Shown: piece by piece, positions 1 through 9,804 of the stretch
Position numbering within the stretch: position 1 is the stretch's first letter
Layout of the letters: every line of letters begins with the position of its first letter
Source of the DNA: an uncultured delta proteobacterium
GTDB taxonomy: Bacteria; Myxococcota_A; Polyangia; Polyangiales; Houyiibacteriaceae
Assembly: GCA_963699755.1 (NCBI GenBank)
Contig: CAVOVB010000002.1
Span: forward strand, 416,001-480,000
Length of the DNA stretch: 64,000 bases
Reading direction: 5' to 3'
The notes under the pieces: generated by a model
Told to the model about the DNA's origin: nothing
What the model saw: only the letters and a program-made list of their open reading frames with translations
The model's database searches: none
Position numbers and translations under genes: made by a program

Positions 1-1
1 G

Positions 2-571
2 CAGTTCCCCGATCCCCAGGCCTACGCCCATAGCCTCGATGACCCCTCGCGCGACGACTGGCAGAAGCCCCAAGAGCTGGTCGAACACCTCCAATGTAGG
101 CCCGGCATGACGGTGGTCGATCTCGGGGCAGGCACTGGGTACTTGGTGGGCTACCTGTCCAAAGCGGTGGGCCCAGAGGGTCGGGTGCTGGCCCTCGACA
201 CGGAGCGCGCGATGGTCGAGACGATAGACCGGCGAATCGAGCGAGACTCGCTTCGAAACGTGAGGACGGGCGTGGTCGAGGCAGACGACCCGGCGCTGGC
301 GCCTCGCTCCGTCGATCGAATCCTGGTCGTCAACACATGGCATCATATCCCCGAGCGCGTCGAGTATGCCGAGAAGCTGCGCAGAGCCCTGGCCCCGGGC
401 GGCCTGCTTCTGATCGTCGATTTCACCTCGGAGAGCCCCCACGGGCCGCCTTCACAGATGCGACTCACAGACGATACAGTACGGCGTGAGCTGGAGTCGG
501 CCGGGTTCGAGACCGAGCTCCTGGACGAGTCACTCCCAGATCAGTACCTGGTCGCTGGACGCCTCCCTTAG
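2..571 (+). CDS. Class I SAM-dependent methyltransferase (5'-partial)
   Basis: VVDLGAGTG SAM motif; frame is open back to the window start (QFPDPQAYAHSLDDPSRDDWQKP). Confidence 0.85.
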   Translation, partial: QFPDPQAYAHSLDDPSRDDWQKPQELVEHLQCRPGMTVVDLGAGTGYLVGYLSKAVGPEGRVLALDTERAMVETIDRRIERDSLRNVRTGVVEADDPALAPRSVDRILVVNTWHHIPERVEYAEKLRRALAPGGLLLIVDFTSESPHGPPSQMRLTDDTVRRELESAGFETELLDESLPDQYLVAGRLP

Positions 572-1704
572 CTCAGTGCGTCACGCTGTAGTGCGTGACC
601 GAGCTTGGTACCCAGGAGCGTGGCGAGCATTGCGGCGCGGCTACGCTGCCGTCGAAGCTGCGAGGCGAAGCGCGCTCGTGTCGGAAGCGAGATCCAAAGC
701 CGGAGCAGGTGACGCTTGCGCGCTGGCTCCGAAAACTCCTCGTAGTCGGTCCGCGCGTGAAGCACCGTGTGGTTCGAGAGGAGCTGCACGTCCCCTGGCT
801 CGAGATCCATCTCGAGGTAGAATTCCGGGGAGTCCGCGATTTGGTTGTAAAGGTCGAGCAGCGCGCGGTCCTCGGCCGAGAGCAGTACCTTCCCGTCGAA
901 GCCAACCGGCGAGCGGAAGTAGTCGCTGTGGTAGAACGTTCGCAGGCAGCCGTCATCGAAACAGCAGGGACGCACGGGGATGTACCGCACCCCGCCTTCA
1001 CCCTTGGTGTCCATCATGAAGGGCTCGTACAAGCGATCGACCAAGTCGGGCCGTCTGCGCAAGAGCTCGTTGTAGATTGAAATCGAGCTCGCGATCCGGC
1101 TTTGGCCCCCGCGCCTGGCTTGATGGAGACAGAGGAGCCCCACGACGTCGGCGGCGTCGCAGTGGAAGTTGATGTTCGCGCGCGTTCGGTAGTGACGCAC
1201 CTGGTCCGGGCTCTCCCCCGTGTCGCGCACGTGCCCGAGAAGGTCAGCTTCTGGGTTCTGCGCGCCAGGGATTCCGAAGTGCTGTCCGAAGCACCAGAAG
1301 AAAAGCTCGCTGTCGCCCTGGGGCCAGCGCTCGGTCGGAATCCCCCGCAGCACCTGAAAGCCGCGCCCCGACCAGACTTCCTCTCTCCAGCGATCGATCT
1401 TCTTCGCAATTGTCGGCAGTGGGAAGTCCTTCTCGGACAGCTTGCACATCGGCTTACCGGTCCGCTTCGCGGTGGCGATCGCCCGCTCGAGCTCGGCGAT
1501 GTCTGCGGCGGTCAAGGCCTCGCGCCAATCGTCCCGCTGCTGGAGCGCTCGCCCCTTCCAGGCCGCCGCAATGTTCAAGGGCTCGCGAAGCACGCGCTCT
1601 TGCGGCCGCGCGAAGTAGTGGAGCGTCTGAGCGGTGAGGGTCTTGTACACGTCTGGCGAATGGGTTCGGAGGCGCATATGTTGCGGCACCATTGGCTTGT
1701 CCAC
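568..1704 (-). CDS. TauD/TfdA-family Fe(II)/2-oxoglutarate dioxygenase
   Basis: HxD (FHCD) plus distal NHTVLHAR; C-terminal RHLLRLW. Confidence 0.85.
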   Translation of the reverse strand: MDKPMVPQHMRLRTHSPDVYKTLTAQTLHYFARPQERVLREPLNIAAAWKGRALQQRDDWREALTAADIAELERAIATAKRTGKPMCKLSEKDFPLPTIAKKIDRWREEVWSGRGFQVLRGIPTERWPQGDSELFFWCFGQHFGIPGAQNPEADLLGHVRDTGESPDQVRHYRTRANINFHCDAADVVGLLCLHQARRGGQSRIASSISIYNELLRRRPDLVDRLYEPFMMDTKGEGGVRYIPVRPCCFDDGCLRTFYHSDYFRSPVGFDGKVLLSAEDRALLDLYNQIADSPEFYLEMDLEPGDVQLLSNHTVLHARTDYEEFSEPARKRHLLRLWISLPTRARFASQLRRQRSRAAMLATLLGTKLGHALQRDALS

Positions 1705-1737
1705 AAGCCGGTCTTATAAGAACCGAGGAGGCTAACG

Positions 1738-2133
1738 ATGAGTGACCCAAGCTATGCGTTTTCCAAACAGCTCGACGGCGTGTCGATGGACGAGGCGCTC
1801 GAAAAGGTGGCCGAGGCACTTAGGGCAAACGGTTTTGGTGTGCTCACCAAGATCGACGTGAAAGAGACTTTGAAGAAGAAGATCGACGTTGACTTTCGCC
1901 CCTACGTGATCCTCGGCGCGTGCAATCCGAGGCTCGCATACAAAGCGCTACAAGGGGAGTCCTACATCGGCCTGCTCTTGCCGTGCAACGTGGTCGTGCA
2001 GGAGTCGGAGGGCGGCGCGCTGGTGTCGTTTGCCGACCCGAAGGCGATGTTCGAGCTCGCGCCCGATGCGCCGATCGAAGAGGTCGCCACCGAGGCACGG
2101 CGACTCCTGCAGAACGCCAGAGATCAACTCTGA
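1738..2133 (+). CDS. DUF302 domain protein
   Basis: GFGVLTxID, ILGACNP, LLLPCNVVV; GAGGAGG RBS upstream. Confidence 0.9.
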   Translation: MSDPSYAFSKQLDGVSMDEALEKVAEALRANGFGVLTKIDVKETLKKKIDVDFRPYVILGACNPRLAYKALQGESYIGLLLPCNVVVQESEGGALVSFADPKAMFELAPDAPIEEVATEARRLLQNARDQL

Positions 2134-2155
2134 GCCAGGCACGCGCTGCGGGCGG

Positions 2156-3400
2156 TCAGTCCGAGAGCGAGACGTCGAATTCCTCGCAGTACGCTGCGAA
2201 GCGCTCGCGGATCTCCCGGGGATCGAGGTTGAAATCCTGGGGCGCGTAGCGGTGAACCCCACGGCTCCCGCGCGGATTGGCCGTGAGGAAGGCGGCCATT
2301 CGGTCTCGGGCCGCGTCGGTGAATTCGAGGCCGAAATGGGCATAGGCGCGGCGCAAGAGGTCGACTGGATCGCGCAGGGTGTCCTCGAAGTGTGCGTCGA
2401 AAAACTGACCGGGCTTGTCCCGGTGCCGTCGTCGCGCTTCGACCGCGCGCCGGAGGTAGAGCGACCAGACGTCCATGACGTTGCGGCCGATGCGGGCCGG
2501 GTCGACGGAGTCGGAGTTCATGGAGCGGAATGCATAGTGAAGGCTCGAAAGGGAGGGCATCACGGACAACGGATCACGGTGCGTGTGGATGATCAATGCG
2601 TCGGGATAAACCTCGAGCAACTCATCGAGCGCAGGGAGGTGAGCCGGGCTCTTCAATACCCAGCGGTCCAACATGTACTTGCTCTGCAGGTGTTGTAGGA
2701 ACCTCTTATGGAACTCGTACGAGCGCACCATGCTCTGCTGATTCAGCCAGGCCTGGTAGCTCGGCACATGGAACGTGATGTGAAACTGGACGGTCAGAAG
2801 CTCGTGCGCGTTGATCGGGACGCACTCCTGGGGAAGAAGCGCACCGAACTCGTGGATCGCGGGCAGCGTCGGGATGAGGCGATCGAGGTTGCCAAAGAGC
2901 TTTTCGGCATCCTTGATTCGTGGGTCGCTGTGATAGGTTTCAGCCTCGGGCGGCGGGACGGGCCATTCGACTTCCCAGCTGAGTGGAGGACGGTTCCGCG
3001 GGTCCTGCGACAACATGTTGAACAAGATCGTGGTCCCGGTACGCGGCAGCCCGACGATGAAGATCGGCCGCTCGATCACTTCGTTCGCCACCTTGGGATG
3101 TGCGGTCCGGTACTCCTGCAGTCGCAGACGGTTCGTCAGGTAGCGAAGGAGCGTCTCGCGGCAGCTGATGCGGCCAAGGGTGCTCAGGTCGCCCTCTCGT
3201 TCGACCGAATCGACGAATACCTCGAGCCCTTCGCGAAATTCGTCGCCGCCGAAGTCGGTCGAGCCCGCTCGGCGGATCGCGGCATCGATCAGGCCCTGGG
3301 GATCGAGCGACGGGAGGTTCCAGCCCATGCCGCGCAGGCCTGCGCCCGCGGCATTGAGCGCTTTGATGCCGAGGGGGCGATGGGGTGGGGGAAGGGACAC
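2156..3400 (-). CDS. Sulfotransferase family protein
   Basis: PAPS loop IVGLPRTGTT, WVLKSPAH, HTHRDP. Confidence 0.9.
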   Translation of the reverse strand: MSLPPPHRPLGIKALNAAGAGLRGMGWNLPSLDPQGLIDAAIRRAGSTDFGGDEFREGLEVFVDSVEREGDLSTLGRISCRETLLRYLTNRLRLQEYRTAHPKVANEVIERPIFIVGLPRTGTTILFNMLSQDPRNRPPLSWEVEWPVPPPEAETYHSDPRIKDAEKLFGNLDRLIPTLPAIHEFGALLPQECVPINAHELLTVQFHITFHVPSYQAWLNQQSMVRSYEFHKRFLQHLQSKYMLDRWVLKSPAHLPALDELLEVYPDALIIHTHRDPLSVMPSLSSLHYAFRSMNSDSVDPARIGRNVMDVWSLYLRRAVEARRRHRDKPGQFFDAHFEDTLRDPVDLLRRAYAHFGLEFTDAARDRMAAFLTANPRGSRGVHRYAPQDFNLDPREIRERFAAYCEEFDVSLSD

Positions 3401-3458
3401 GGGGCTACGGGAAGTTTGCGCTTGATGAAGCTGCGCGCGGACGTGCTAGCACGCGAGC

Positions 3459-5081
3459 ATGGCAACGGTAAAGAACGGCTGGATTCGATGGATCCTGCCT
3501 CTCGCCATGGCGGTCATCACGGTTTGGCTGCTGGGCCGGCGCGGCAGTGAGAAGAACGTCGAGGCTCCTCTTCCAGCGCCGATCCTGGCTGAGGGGCGCC
3601 CTGCATTTCGCCAAAGCAAGACCGACTCGAATCTCAGCCCGCAGTATTTCGATAGCATCTGGCCTGCGGGGCATCGGGACAGCGCCAACTCCGACTTCGT
3701 TCCCCTCGAGCTTGGCGCCTCGTTCGAGCTCGAGAAGCACTTGCTGCAGGGCCACCCTATCTTCTGGCCGCCCACCATCGGACTTGATGGCACTTCATAC
3801 GTGGTGACCGGCGCGCCCCCCGGGAACAGCCACCTCTTCGCGATCTCGGACGATGGTGAAGTGCTCTGGTCTGCGAAGCCACAGGATTCGCTCGATGACC
3901 TCGACTCGTTCGCGATCATGAACGCGCCGACAATCGACGCCGAAGGCGATCTATACCTGGGCGACCGCGACCAGCTCTGGGCCTTCAAGCCCAACGGCGA
4001 ACTGAAATGGGTCGTCGATCTAAAGCAGTACGGCGTCGACTGGGGATTCATGACGGTCGTGCTGAGCCGCCAGCGATACGTCGGCGGCGTGACGACCGAT
4101 GGCAAGGTCTTATTCTTCTGGTCCCACAACGGCGAGCTCGCGATGCCCCCGCTGGAGCTCCCTGGCGGCCCAGGCCCCGCTGCTCGAGACGAGCCACCGG
4201 AGTTCTTGTGGAAGGACTTGATGGACCCGGACCTCATCCCTTTCCTTTTCAACTTGATCCAGGGCTGGGAGCTCGAAGTCGCAAACACCCCCGCGTTGCA
4301 TCCGGAGACCGGCCGGCTCTACATCACCGCAGCCGGCTCGAGCCCCGGCACCGGCGTGCTCTACGGGATTGACATCAGCGACGATGCCCTTCGCATCGCG
4401 TTCCAGGCACCGATGGGTGGCGGAAGCGGCACCAGTCCGGCCATCTCGCACGACGGAACCTCGGTCTATGCGGTCGACGAACGCGGAAGGATGGTTGCGA
4501 TCGATGCGCAGACCGGGAAGCGGCTCTGGCAGAGCGCGGAGGGCGGTGGCGGGTCCGCGTCGCCCAGCATCGGTCCGGATGAGACGATCTACACCCCCTT
4601 CCAGGACCGAATCACCGCGTACCGGAACAACGGTGAGGTGCGCTGGGAGAAATCGTACGACGGCCTTTGCAAGGAACGGCTTCCTGAGCCCGGCGGTGTC
4701 TGGAGCTACGTGCTCTCCGAACCGGTCGCCTTCGTCGACAGTATCCTCACGGTCGGCATGCGACGCGGTTGGATGAACGTCATTTGCGGCTATTACCTGC
4801 CCAAGTTGCTTTCACGAAGCGATCGAACCCGAGTGCCGGTCCCGCAGCAATCGCTCTTCGTCACCTTCGATCTCGCATCGGGCGAACCGGTGGCTGAGCC
4901 CTTGCTGCTTCCGGAGACGAGCGAGGGTTTCGTCACGCCGCTTCCAAACGGCAAGGTGATGATCACGACCTCGGGCGCGATCACCTCGATCTTCTACTAC
5001 ATGGTCAATCGCATTCTGCCGGAGCGACTACAGGTCGCCGGTCCGCCCAAAGCCGGCCTTCTGCTGTTGAAGCCGCGATGA
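3459..5081 (+). CDS. Membrane-anchored PQQ-like beta-propeller protein
   Basis: N-terminal hydrophobic helix; repeated SP/AP-x-I...G..xW blades (GEVLW, GELKW, GKRLW, GEVRW). Confidence 0.7.
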   Translation: MATVKNGWIRWILPLAMAVITVWLLGRRGSEKNVEAPLPAPILAEGRPAFRQSKTDSNLSPQYFDSIWPAGHRDSANSDFVPLELGASFELEKHLLQGHPIFWPPTIGLDGTSYVVTGAPPGNSHLFAISDDGEVLWSAKPQDSLDDLDSFAIMNAPTIDAEGDLYLGDRDQLWAFKPNGELKWVVDLKQYGVDWGFMTVVLSRQRYVGGVTTDGKVLFFWSHNGELAMPPLELPGGPGPAARDEPPEFLWKDLMDPDLIPFLFNLIQGWELEVANTPALHPETGRLYITAAGSSPGTGVLYGIDISDDALRIAFQAPMGGGSGTSPAISHDGTSVYAVDERGRMVAIDAQTGKRLWQSAEGGGGSASPSIGPDETIYTPFQDRITAYRNNGEVRWEKSYDGLCKERLPEPGGVWSYVLSEPVAFVDSILTVGMRRGWMNVICGYYLPKLLSRSDRTRVPVPQQSLFVTFDLASGEPVAEPLLLPETSEGFVTPLPNGKVMITTSGAITSIFYYMVNRILPERLQVAGPPKAGLLLLKPR

Positions 5082-5485
5082 CCGAGCTGCCGGCACATCT
5101 GCTCTTCTACGACGGCGTCTGCGCGATGTGTAACGGCATCGTCAAGAAGATGCTGCGCGGCGACAGGGCGCGGCTTTTTCGCTTCGCACCGCTCCAGGGC
5201 GAAACCGCAGAGCTCGCGCGGAAGCTGTATTCAGACTTCCCGAGCGAAATCGAAACCCTGGTCTATGTTCGACGGGGCGAGCTGTTCCTGCGCTCGCGCG
5301 CCGCGCTCTTCGCCATGCAAGAGATGCCCTACCCCGCCAAGGCCCTCTCCTGGCTTCGCTTCTTGCCGGTCTGGCTCACCGACTTCTTCTACGGAATCGT
5401 CGCCCGCACTCGATACCGCGTCTTCGGGAAGTACGATCGATGCCCAGTTCCACCCGCAGAAGATCGGGCCCGATTCCTGCCCTGA
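5078..5485 (+). CDS. DCC1-like thiol-disulfide oxidoreductase (DUF393)
   Basis: FYDGVCAMC, RFAPLQG, RYRVFG; ATGA overlap with upstream gene. Confidence 0.9.
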   Translation: MTELPAHLLFYDGVCAMCNGIVKKMLRGDRARLFRFAPLQGETAELARKLYSDFPSEIETLVYVRRGELFLRSRAALFAMQEMPYPAKALSWLRFLPVWLTDFFYGIVARTRYRVFGKYDRCPVPPAEDRARFLP

Positions 5486-5564
5486 GGCGGCGCAGGCACG
5501 TCGATGTAAGTAATTGTCTCACCCATTTGGGCGAAGGCCCCTGGGTTGCTAGGCTGGCTACAGC

Positions 5565-6233
5565 ATGGGGAATCGGTTCTTGCTTGGAGCGTTGGTCGCG
5601 CTGGCGCTGGGGTGTGAAGGCGCGATGGCGACCGAACCGCCCCGCAACGGGGCCGGTGGGACTGACACTGCCATTGACGCTGGCACCGGCGCCGGTGGAA
5701 GCAGCGGCGGACCCGGAGGAACTGCGGGCACCGGCGGAATCGCTGGCACCGGCGGAATCGCTGGCACCGGAGGCGATCCCGGTCGCTGCGCGGGCGGACC
5801 ACTCCCAGCGCCGATCCCCAACTGCGCCCCGACGCCCGTCCCGAACACCGGAGATGTTCGCGCCGATTGTGTGGCGCGGATCAATCAGTTCCGTTGGGAC
5901 TGCCAGTGCCTCCCGGCGCTGGAGCGCTGGAACGAGGGCGAGAGCTGCGCCGACCAGCACGCCGAGTACGACAGCACCCGCAGCGCGCACTCGGGTTTTC
6001 GAGACCGCGTCTGCTCACCCGGAGGCTGGGCGCAGAACGAGTGCCCCGGCTGGAATTCCACGCAGCACATCATCACGGGCTGCCTTCAAGCGATGTGGGA
6101 CGAGGGTCCCGGCGAGCCGTTCTCGGTGCACGGTCACTACATCAACATGACGAACCCTGGGTATAGCAGGGTGGCCTGCGGTTTCTTTACGACGCCCTCG
6201 GGCAGCGTCTGGGGTGTTCAGAACTTCGAATGA
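5565..6233 (+). CDS. CAP/SCP-like domain lipoprotein, paralogue 1
   Basis: Lipobox LALGC, Gly/Thr linker, GHYINM...VACGF...WxVQNF. Confidence 0.7.
   Translation: MGNRFLLGALVALALGCEGAMATEPPRNGAGGTDTAIDAGTGAGGSSGGPGGTAGTGGIAGTGGIAGTGGDPGRCAGGPLPAPIPNCAPTPVPNTGDVRADCVARINQFRWDCQCLPALERWNEGESCADQHAEYDSTRSAHSGFRDRVCSPGGWAQNECPGWNSTQHIITGCLQAMWDEGPGEPFSVHGHYINMTNPGYSRVACGFFTTPSGSVWGVQNFE
5727..5770 (+). repeat. In-frame 18-bp tandem repeat (GGCACCGGCGGAATCGCT x2 plus partial), encoding GTGGIA
   Basis: Read directly from the sequence. Confidence 0.9.
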
Positions 6234-6600
6234 GGGGGCGCTGATGGGTGGTTTGACGAAGACAGTGCTTACGGTTTGCCTAGTCGCCACGGGATGCGGC
6301 GAGTTCTCGCTCGACCCGGGCGCCGGCGGCCCGGGAGGCGGAACCGGTGGAACGGTAGGCGACCCGCGCTTCATCGCCGACTGCAGCAGCGGCCCCCTCG
6401 CTGCGCCCTTGCCCAACTGCCAGCCTGAGCCTTTGCCGAGCACCGCTGACCCGTACGCCGACTGCGTGACCCGCATCAATCAGCTCCGCTGGGAATGCCA
6501 GTGCCTCCCTGCGCTGGAGCGCTGGAACGAGGGCGAGAGCTGCGCCGACCAGCACGCCGAGTACGACAGCACCCGCAGCGCGCACTCGGGTTTTCGAGAC
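5916..6600 (+). repeat. 90-bp exact direct repeat (5916-6005 = 6511-6600); a second 51-bp identical block at 6068-6118 = 6663-6713
   Basis: Base-by-base comparison of the two paralogues. Confidence 0.85.
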
Positions 6601-6828
6601 AACATCTGCTCCGAGCGAGGCTGGGCGCAAAACGAATGCCCGGGTTGGCCCTCCGAGGAGCGCATCATCACGGGCTGCCTTCAAGCGATGTGGGACGAGG
6701 GTCCCGGCGAGCCCTTCTCGGTGCACGGTCATTACATCAACATGACCAACACCTCGTACAGCATGGTCGCCTGCGGCTTCTACGAAACCGCCGACGGCCA
6801 GTTCTGGTCGGTGCAGAACTTCCAGTAG
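6244..6828 (+). CDS. CAP/SCP-like domain lipoprotein, paralogue 2
   Basis: Lipobox VATGC; same motifs as paralogue 1; start moved to ATG 6244. Confidence 0.7.
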   Translation: MGGLTKTVLTVCLVATGCGEFSLDPGAGGPGGGTGGTVGDPRFIADCSSGPLAAPLPNCQPEPLPSTADPYADCVTRINQLRWECQCLPALERWNEGESCADQHAEYDSTRSAHSGFRDNICSERGWAQNECPGWPSEERIITGCLQAMWDEGPGEPFSVHGHYINMTNTSYSMVACGFYETADGQFWSVQNFQ

Positions 6829-6841
6829 CCAAGGGCGAAAG

Positions 6842-8535
6842 CTACTCGAACGGTCCGATCCGCTCGTTGAGCGGGAATGCGGCGCCGGTGCAACCGTCGC
6901 TGCCGGGGGTAGTCGTTGCGGTCGAAGGTGTCACAAGCACCGTTGGTGATGTTCTTCTGGAAACAGACCCTAATCGGCGCTGAAACACTCGTTCTGCCTC
7001 GCTCGCCGGCGGCTTGAACCGCAAGGCAGGCGGGCCCCTCCACGCCATCCAGAGAAGTCTGCCAATCGAATGGATCGCCCGTAGAGCGGAAGGAAGTGAC
7101 GGGCGGCTTGATGAAGATCGCCGGAGTCGAACCCGTGGGCTCGTCGTTGTCCGGGATCACGCGAGGAGTCGTGGTTATGCTGCACACCGGATCGGCTGGA
7201 TCGGTCGCACTGCCGGAAATGCGAACACCGTGCTGGCCGGGCGATTCGAAGATCTGACCCGTCAGGCAGCCCGCACTCCCCGTCGGCCGCAACGAGTTCA
7301 AGTTGATCGCGACGGCTGGGGTGTTTCCAGCTTGGTTGCCCGGAAGGAAGTCCGGGTTGAGCGAGTCGCACAGGCCGTCCTCGTCCGTGTCGACCACCAA
7401 GGCCTGGCTGGCATCCCCCAGAATCCAAACCTGCGCCGACTCGTAGTCGAGCCCCGCCATGTAGGATGCGGAAGGGTTCCCGCGATCCTCGATGCGCGCG
7501 AATGTATGCAGTCGTGCCGACCACGTCTCCGTCGCTGATCGCGTTCTCGCCAACCGGGTTGAACGAGGCGGAGCACTCGATCCCAGCATTGGTCTTCTTG
7601 CCCTCTCGGACGCGAGGATGGTCCAGAGACAGCACCGGTGGCTTTCCGTCGAGCTCAACCGTGACCGACGCGACGCGATCGTTGCCAACGATATCGACAG
7701 CCACGACGTCGATCGTCACCTCGCCGATCGTCGTCGGATACTGGTTCGCGTCAGAGCTACCGAGAAAGCGGTTCGGAGAACCTCCAACCTGCGCCCTGTC
7801 GAACTTCCGAGAGCCGATGTAGAAGCTGACTTGGGAGGGATCGATGCCCCAGACGTCGGAGACCGTGTCCACCACATCGGTGGCTCCTCCAATAACGGAT
7901 CCAAGCGTAGGTTCGTCGATCGTGACCCCTGGCCCGTCCGCATCGACCGCGAAGTCGAGGGTCTCCGTCCGGGTCACGCCGCGGTCGTTGGCTACGCTCA
8001 ACGACGACTGATAGGTGCCGTCGAGCGGCGTTTCGTAGAGCGTTGGATCGTCGAAGTCCACCGTGGCACTAAACGTCGCCGTCGTCTCCGTTTGGCCTGC
8101 GAAGAGCGATTCGATCGGCTGGCCTGCAAGGACGACCTGCCAACTCGCCGGAACACTATCGACGGTGTCGAATTCGGTGACAGGAAGGGCGGTGAGGACG
8201 TAGCGAATGGTCATGCTGCCGGAGAAGACCGCCCCGCTCACCGAAGGACTGATAATCCGGACGTCGGGACCGAGGTCGAGCAAGGTATCCACCGCCACGG
8301 CCGGGTCCCCGGACGAATCGACCTGACACTGAATGCCAAGGTCCTGCTCCGTGACGAGGGTATCCGCGCCGGGATCGCTGGTCGCCTCGGGTCTCACAAT
8401 GGTGAGTAGCGGACCACCCTCGTCGGAACAGAGATCGCCACCGATGGTACCGCCGCCCGGCCCGTTGGTGGGCGGCGGCGTCACTGTGTCGTTGCAGCCT
8501 AGCTGAACAAAGAAGGAACAAGAGGCCAGGGCCAA
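6842..8535 (-). pseudogene. Frameshifted large acidic beta-rich (Ig-like) lipoprotein, about 564 aa if repaired
   Basis: Lipobox QLGC; coherent protein passes through three ORFs (6970..8535, 6780..7688, 6842..7048), with shifts at (CG)n near 7494-7500 and G5 at 6905-6909. Confidence 0.7.
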
Positions 8536-8647
8536 GCCCCACTACTCGATACGTCAGCAGGTCTTCCCCGCTAGAAGTAATTGGTATCAGGGTCGCCAGA
8601 GCACGGACGACGGCCAATTTTGGGGCAGAAGTGCCACGCCGGCTCGT

Positions 8648-8938
8648 CTAATCGCTCGGAGGGGTCCAGGCGGTCGCGGCCAGCTCGCCCTCTTCGAGAC
8701 CGAGCCAAATTCGCAGTTGTTTCAACATGAAGTCGGTGCCCTCGCGCGAGGAGAGGTCGACCCGGTAGGTGTTGATGTAGCGAACGCTCTCTTGGAGCCA
8801 GAGGTCCCAGCCCTCTTTGGAGACCTTCTCGAACACGAACTGCCCGATTTCGTTGGGGAACGGCGGCTTGGCGAGGCCCGGAAGCTCCTGGTCGAGCTTG
8901 ATGCAGTGAACGAGGCGATTCGGATCGGCTTCAGGCAT
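8648..8938 (-). CDS. yggX: Fe(II)-trafficking / oxidative damage protection protein
   Basis: VHCIKL...GL..PPFP...VSKEGW..W......INTYR. Confidence 0.85.
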   Translation of the reverse strand: MPEADPNRLVHCIKLDQELPGLAKPPFPNEIGQFVFEKVSKEGWDLWLQESVRYINTYRVDLSSREGTDFMLKQLRIWLGLEEGELAATAWTPPSD

Positions 8939-8974
8939 GGCTGGCGCAGAACCTAGCACCGGGGTCGCCGCTGG

Positions 8975-9556
8975 CTAGCCCAGAATCCGGAAGAAGGAGC
9001 GCAGCATCTGATAGGTGAGCCCCCAGACGACGCGGCCGTCGACGTCGTAGGCGGGAAAGTCGATGCTCGTGCCGTGCCATCGATAGGGGCGGACGGTATC
9101 GACCTCGCCCCGGTAAAGCGGGAGAAGTGGTGTCCAGAGCGCCTCGGCGACTTCGCGATCGTCGACCTGGAGCGGCGACTCCCGGTGAACCTCGAAGACG
9201 AAGGGGCGGATCACCGTCTCCTGCGGCTTGCCGCGCGCGATCGCCTGAAGGTCATCGAGCTGACCGATGTGCTCGGCTTCGCGAGACAGGTCGAGGCCGA
9301 CCTCTTCGCGAGTCTCGCGCATCGCGGTCTCGAGGAGTGTCTCGTCCCCCCTGTCGTGCCGGCCGCCGGGAAAGGCCATGTGCCCCGACCAGGGATCTTC
9401 TGGGTGCTCAGCCCGCCGAATGAAAAACACCTCCGGTCCCAAGGCGCCTTCGCGCAGCAGCATCGCTACCGCAGCCCACTTCTCGTGCTCTGCGAGCTCC
9501 CGCGGAGCCCGGGCCCCGAGTACAGCGCGAACGTCCGGCAGCCGGAGAATGGTCAT
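8975..9556 (-). CDS. Nudix hydrolase, CoA pyrophosphatase type
   Basis: WSGHMAFPGG...AMRETREEVG; VWGLT. Confidence 0.9.
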   Translation of the reverse strand: MTILRLPDVRAVLGARAPRELAEHEKWAAVAMLLREGALGPEVFFIRRAEHPEDPWSGHMAFPGGRHDRGDETLLETAMRETREEVGLDLSREAEHIGQLDDLQAIARGKPQETVIRPFVFEVHRESPLQVDDREVAEALWTPLLPLYRGEVDTVRPYRWHGTSIDFPAYDVDGRVVWGLTYQMLRSFFRILG

Positions 9557-9561
9557 GCTTC

Positions 9562-9804
9562 CTAGTCGACGATCTCGTAGCGAAAGTCCTCGATGACGGG
9601 GTTCGCCAAAAGCTTTTCGCACATGGACTGAATGTGAGCGTCGGCCGAGGCCTTGTCGTTGCCGTCGAGCTCGAGCTCGATGAGCTTGCCGACGCGTGCG
9701 GACTTCACCTCCTGGAAGCCGAGGGAGCCCAGGGAACGGCGAACGGCGTCGCCCTGTGGGTCGAGGACTTCACGCTTGAGTGTGACGAAGATGTTCGCTT
9801 TCAT
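9562..9804 (-). CDS. purS: FGAM synthase subunit PurS
   Basis: VLDPQG, MCEKLLANPVIE. Confidence 0.97.
   Translation of the reverse strand: MKANIFVTLKREVLDPQGDAVRRSLGSLGFQEVKSARVGKLIELELDGNDKASADAHIQSMCEKLLANPVIEDFRYEIVD

Noticed and set aside
5880..6750. Near-identical repeats as a diversity-generating retroelement TR/VR pair
   Set aside because: No reverse transcriptase in the window, both copies lie inside intact paralogues, and mismatches are not adenine-specific
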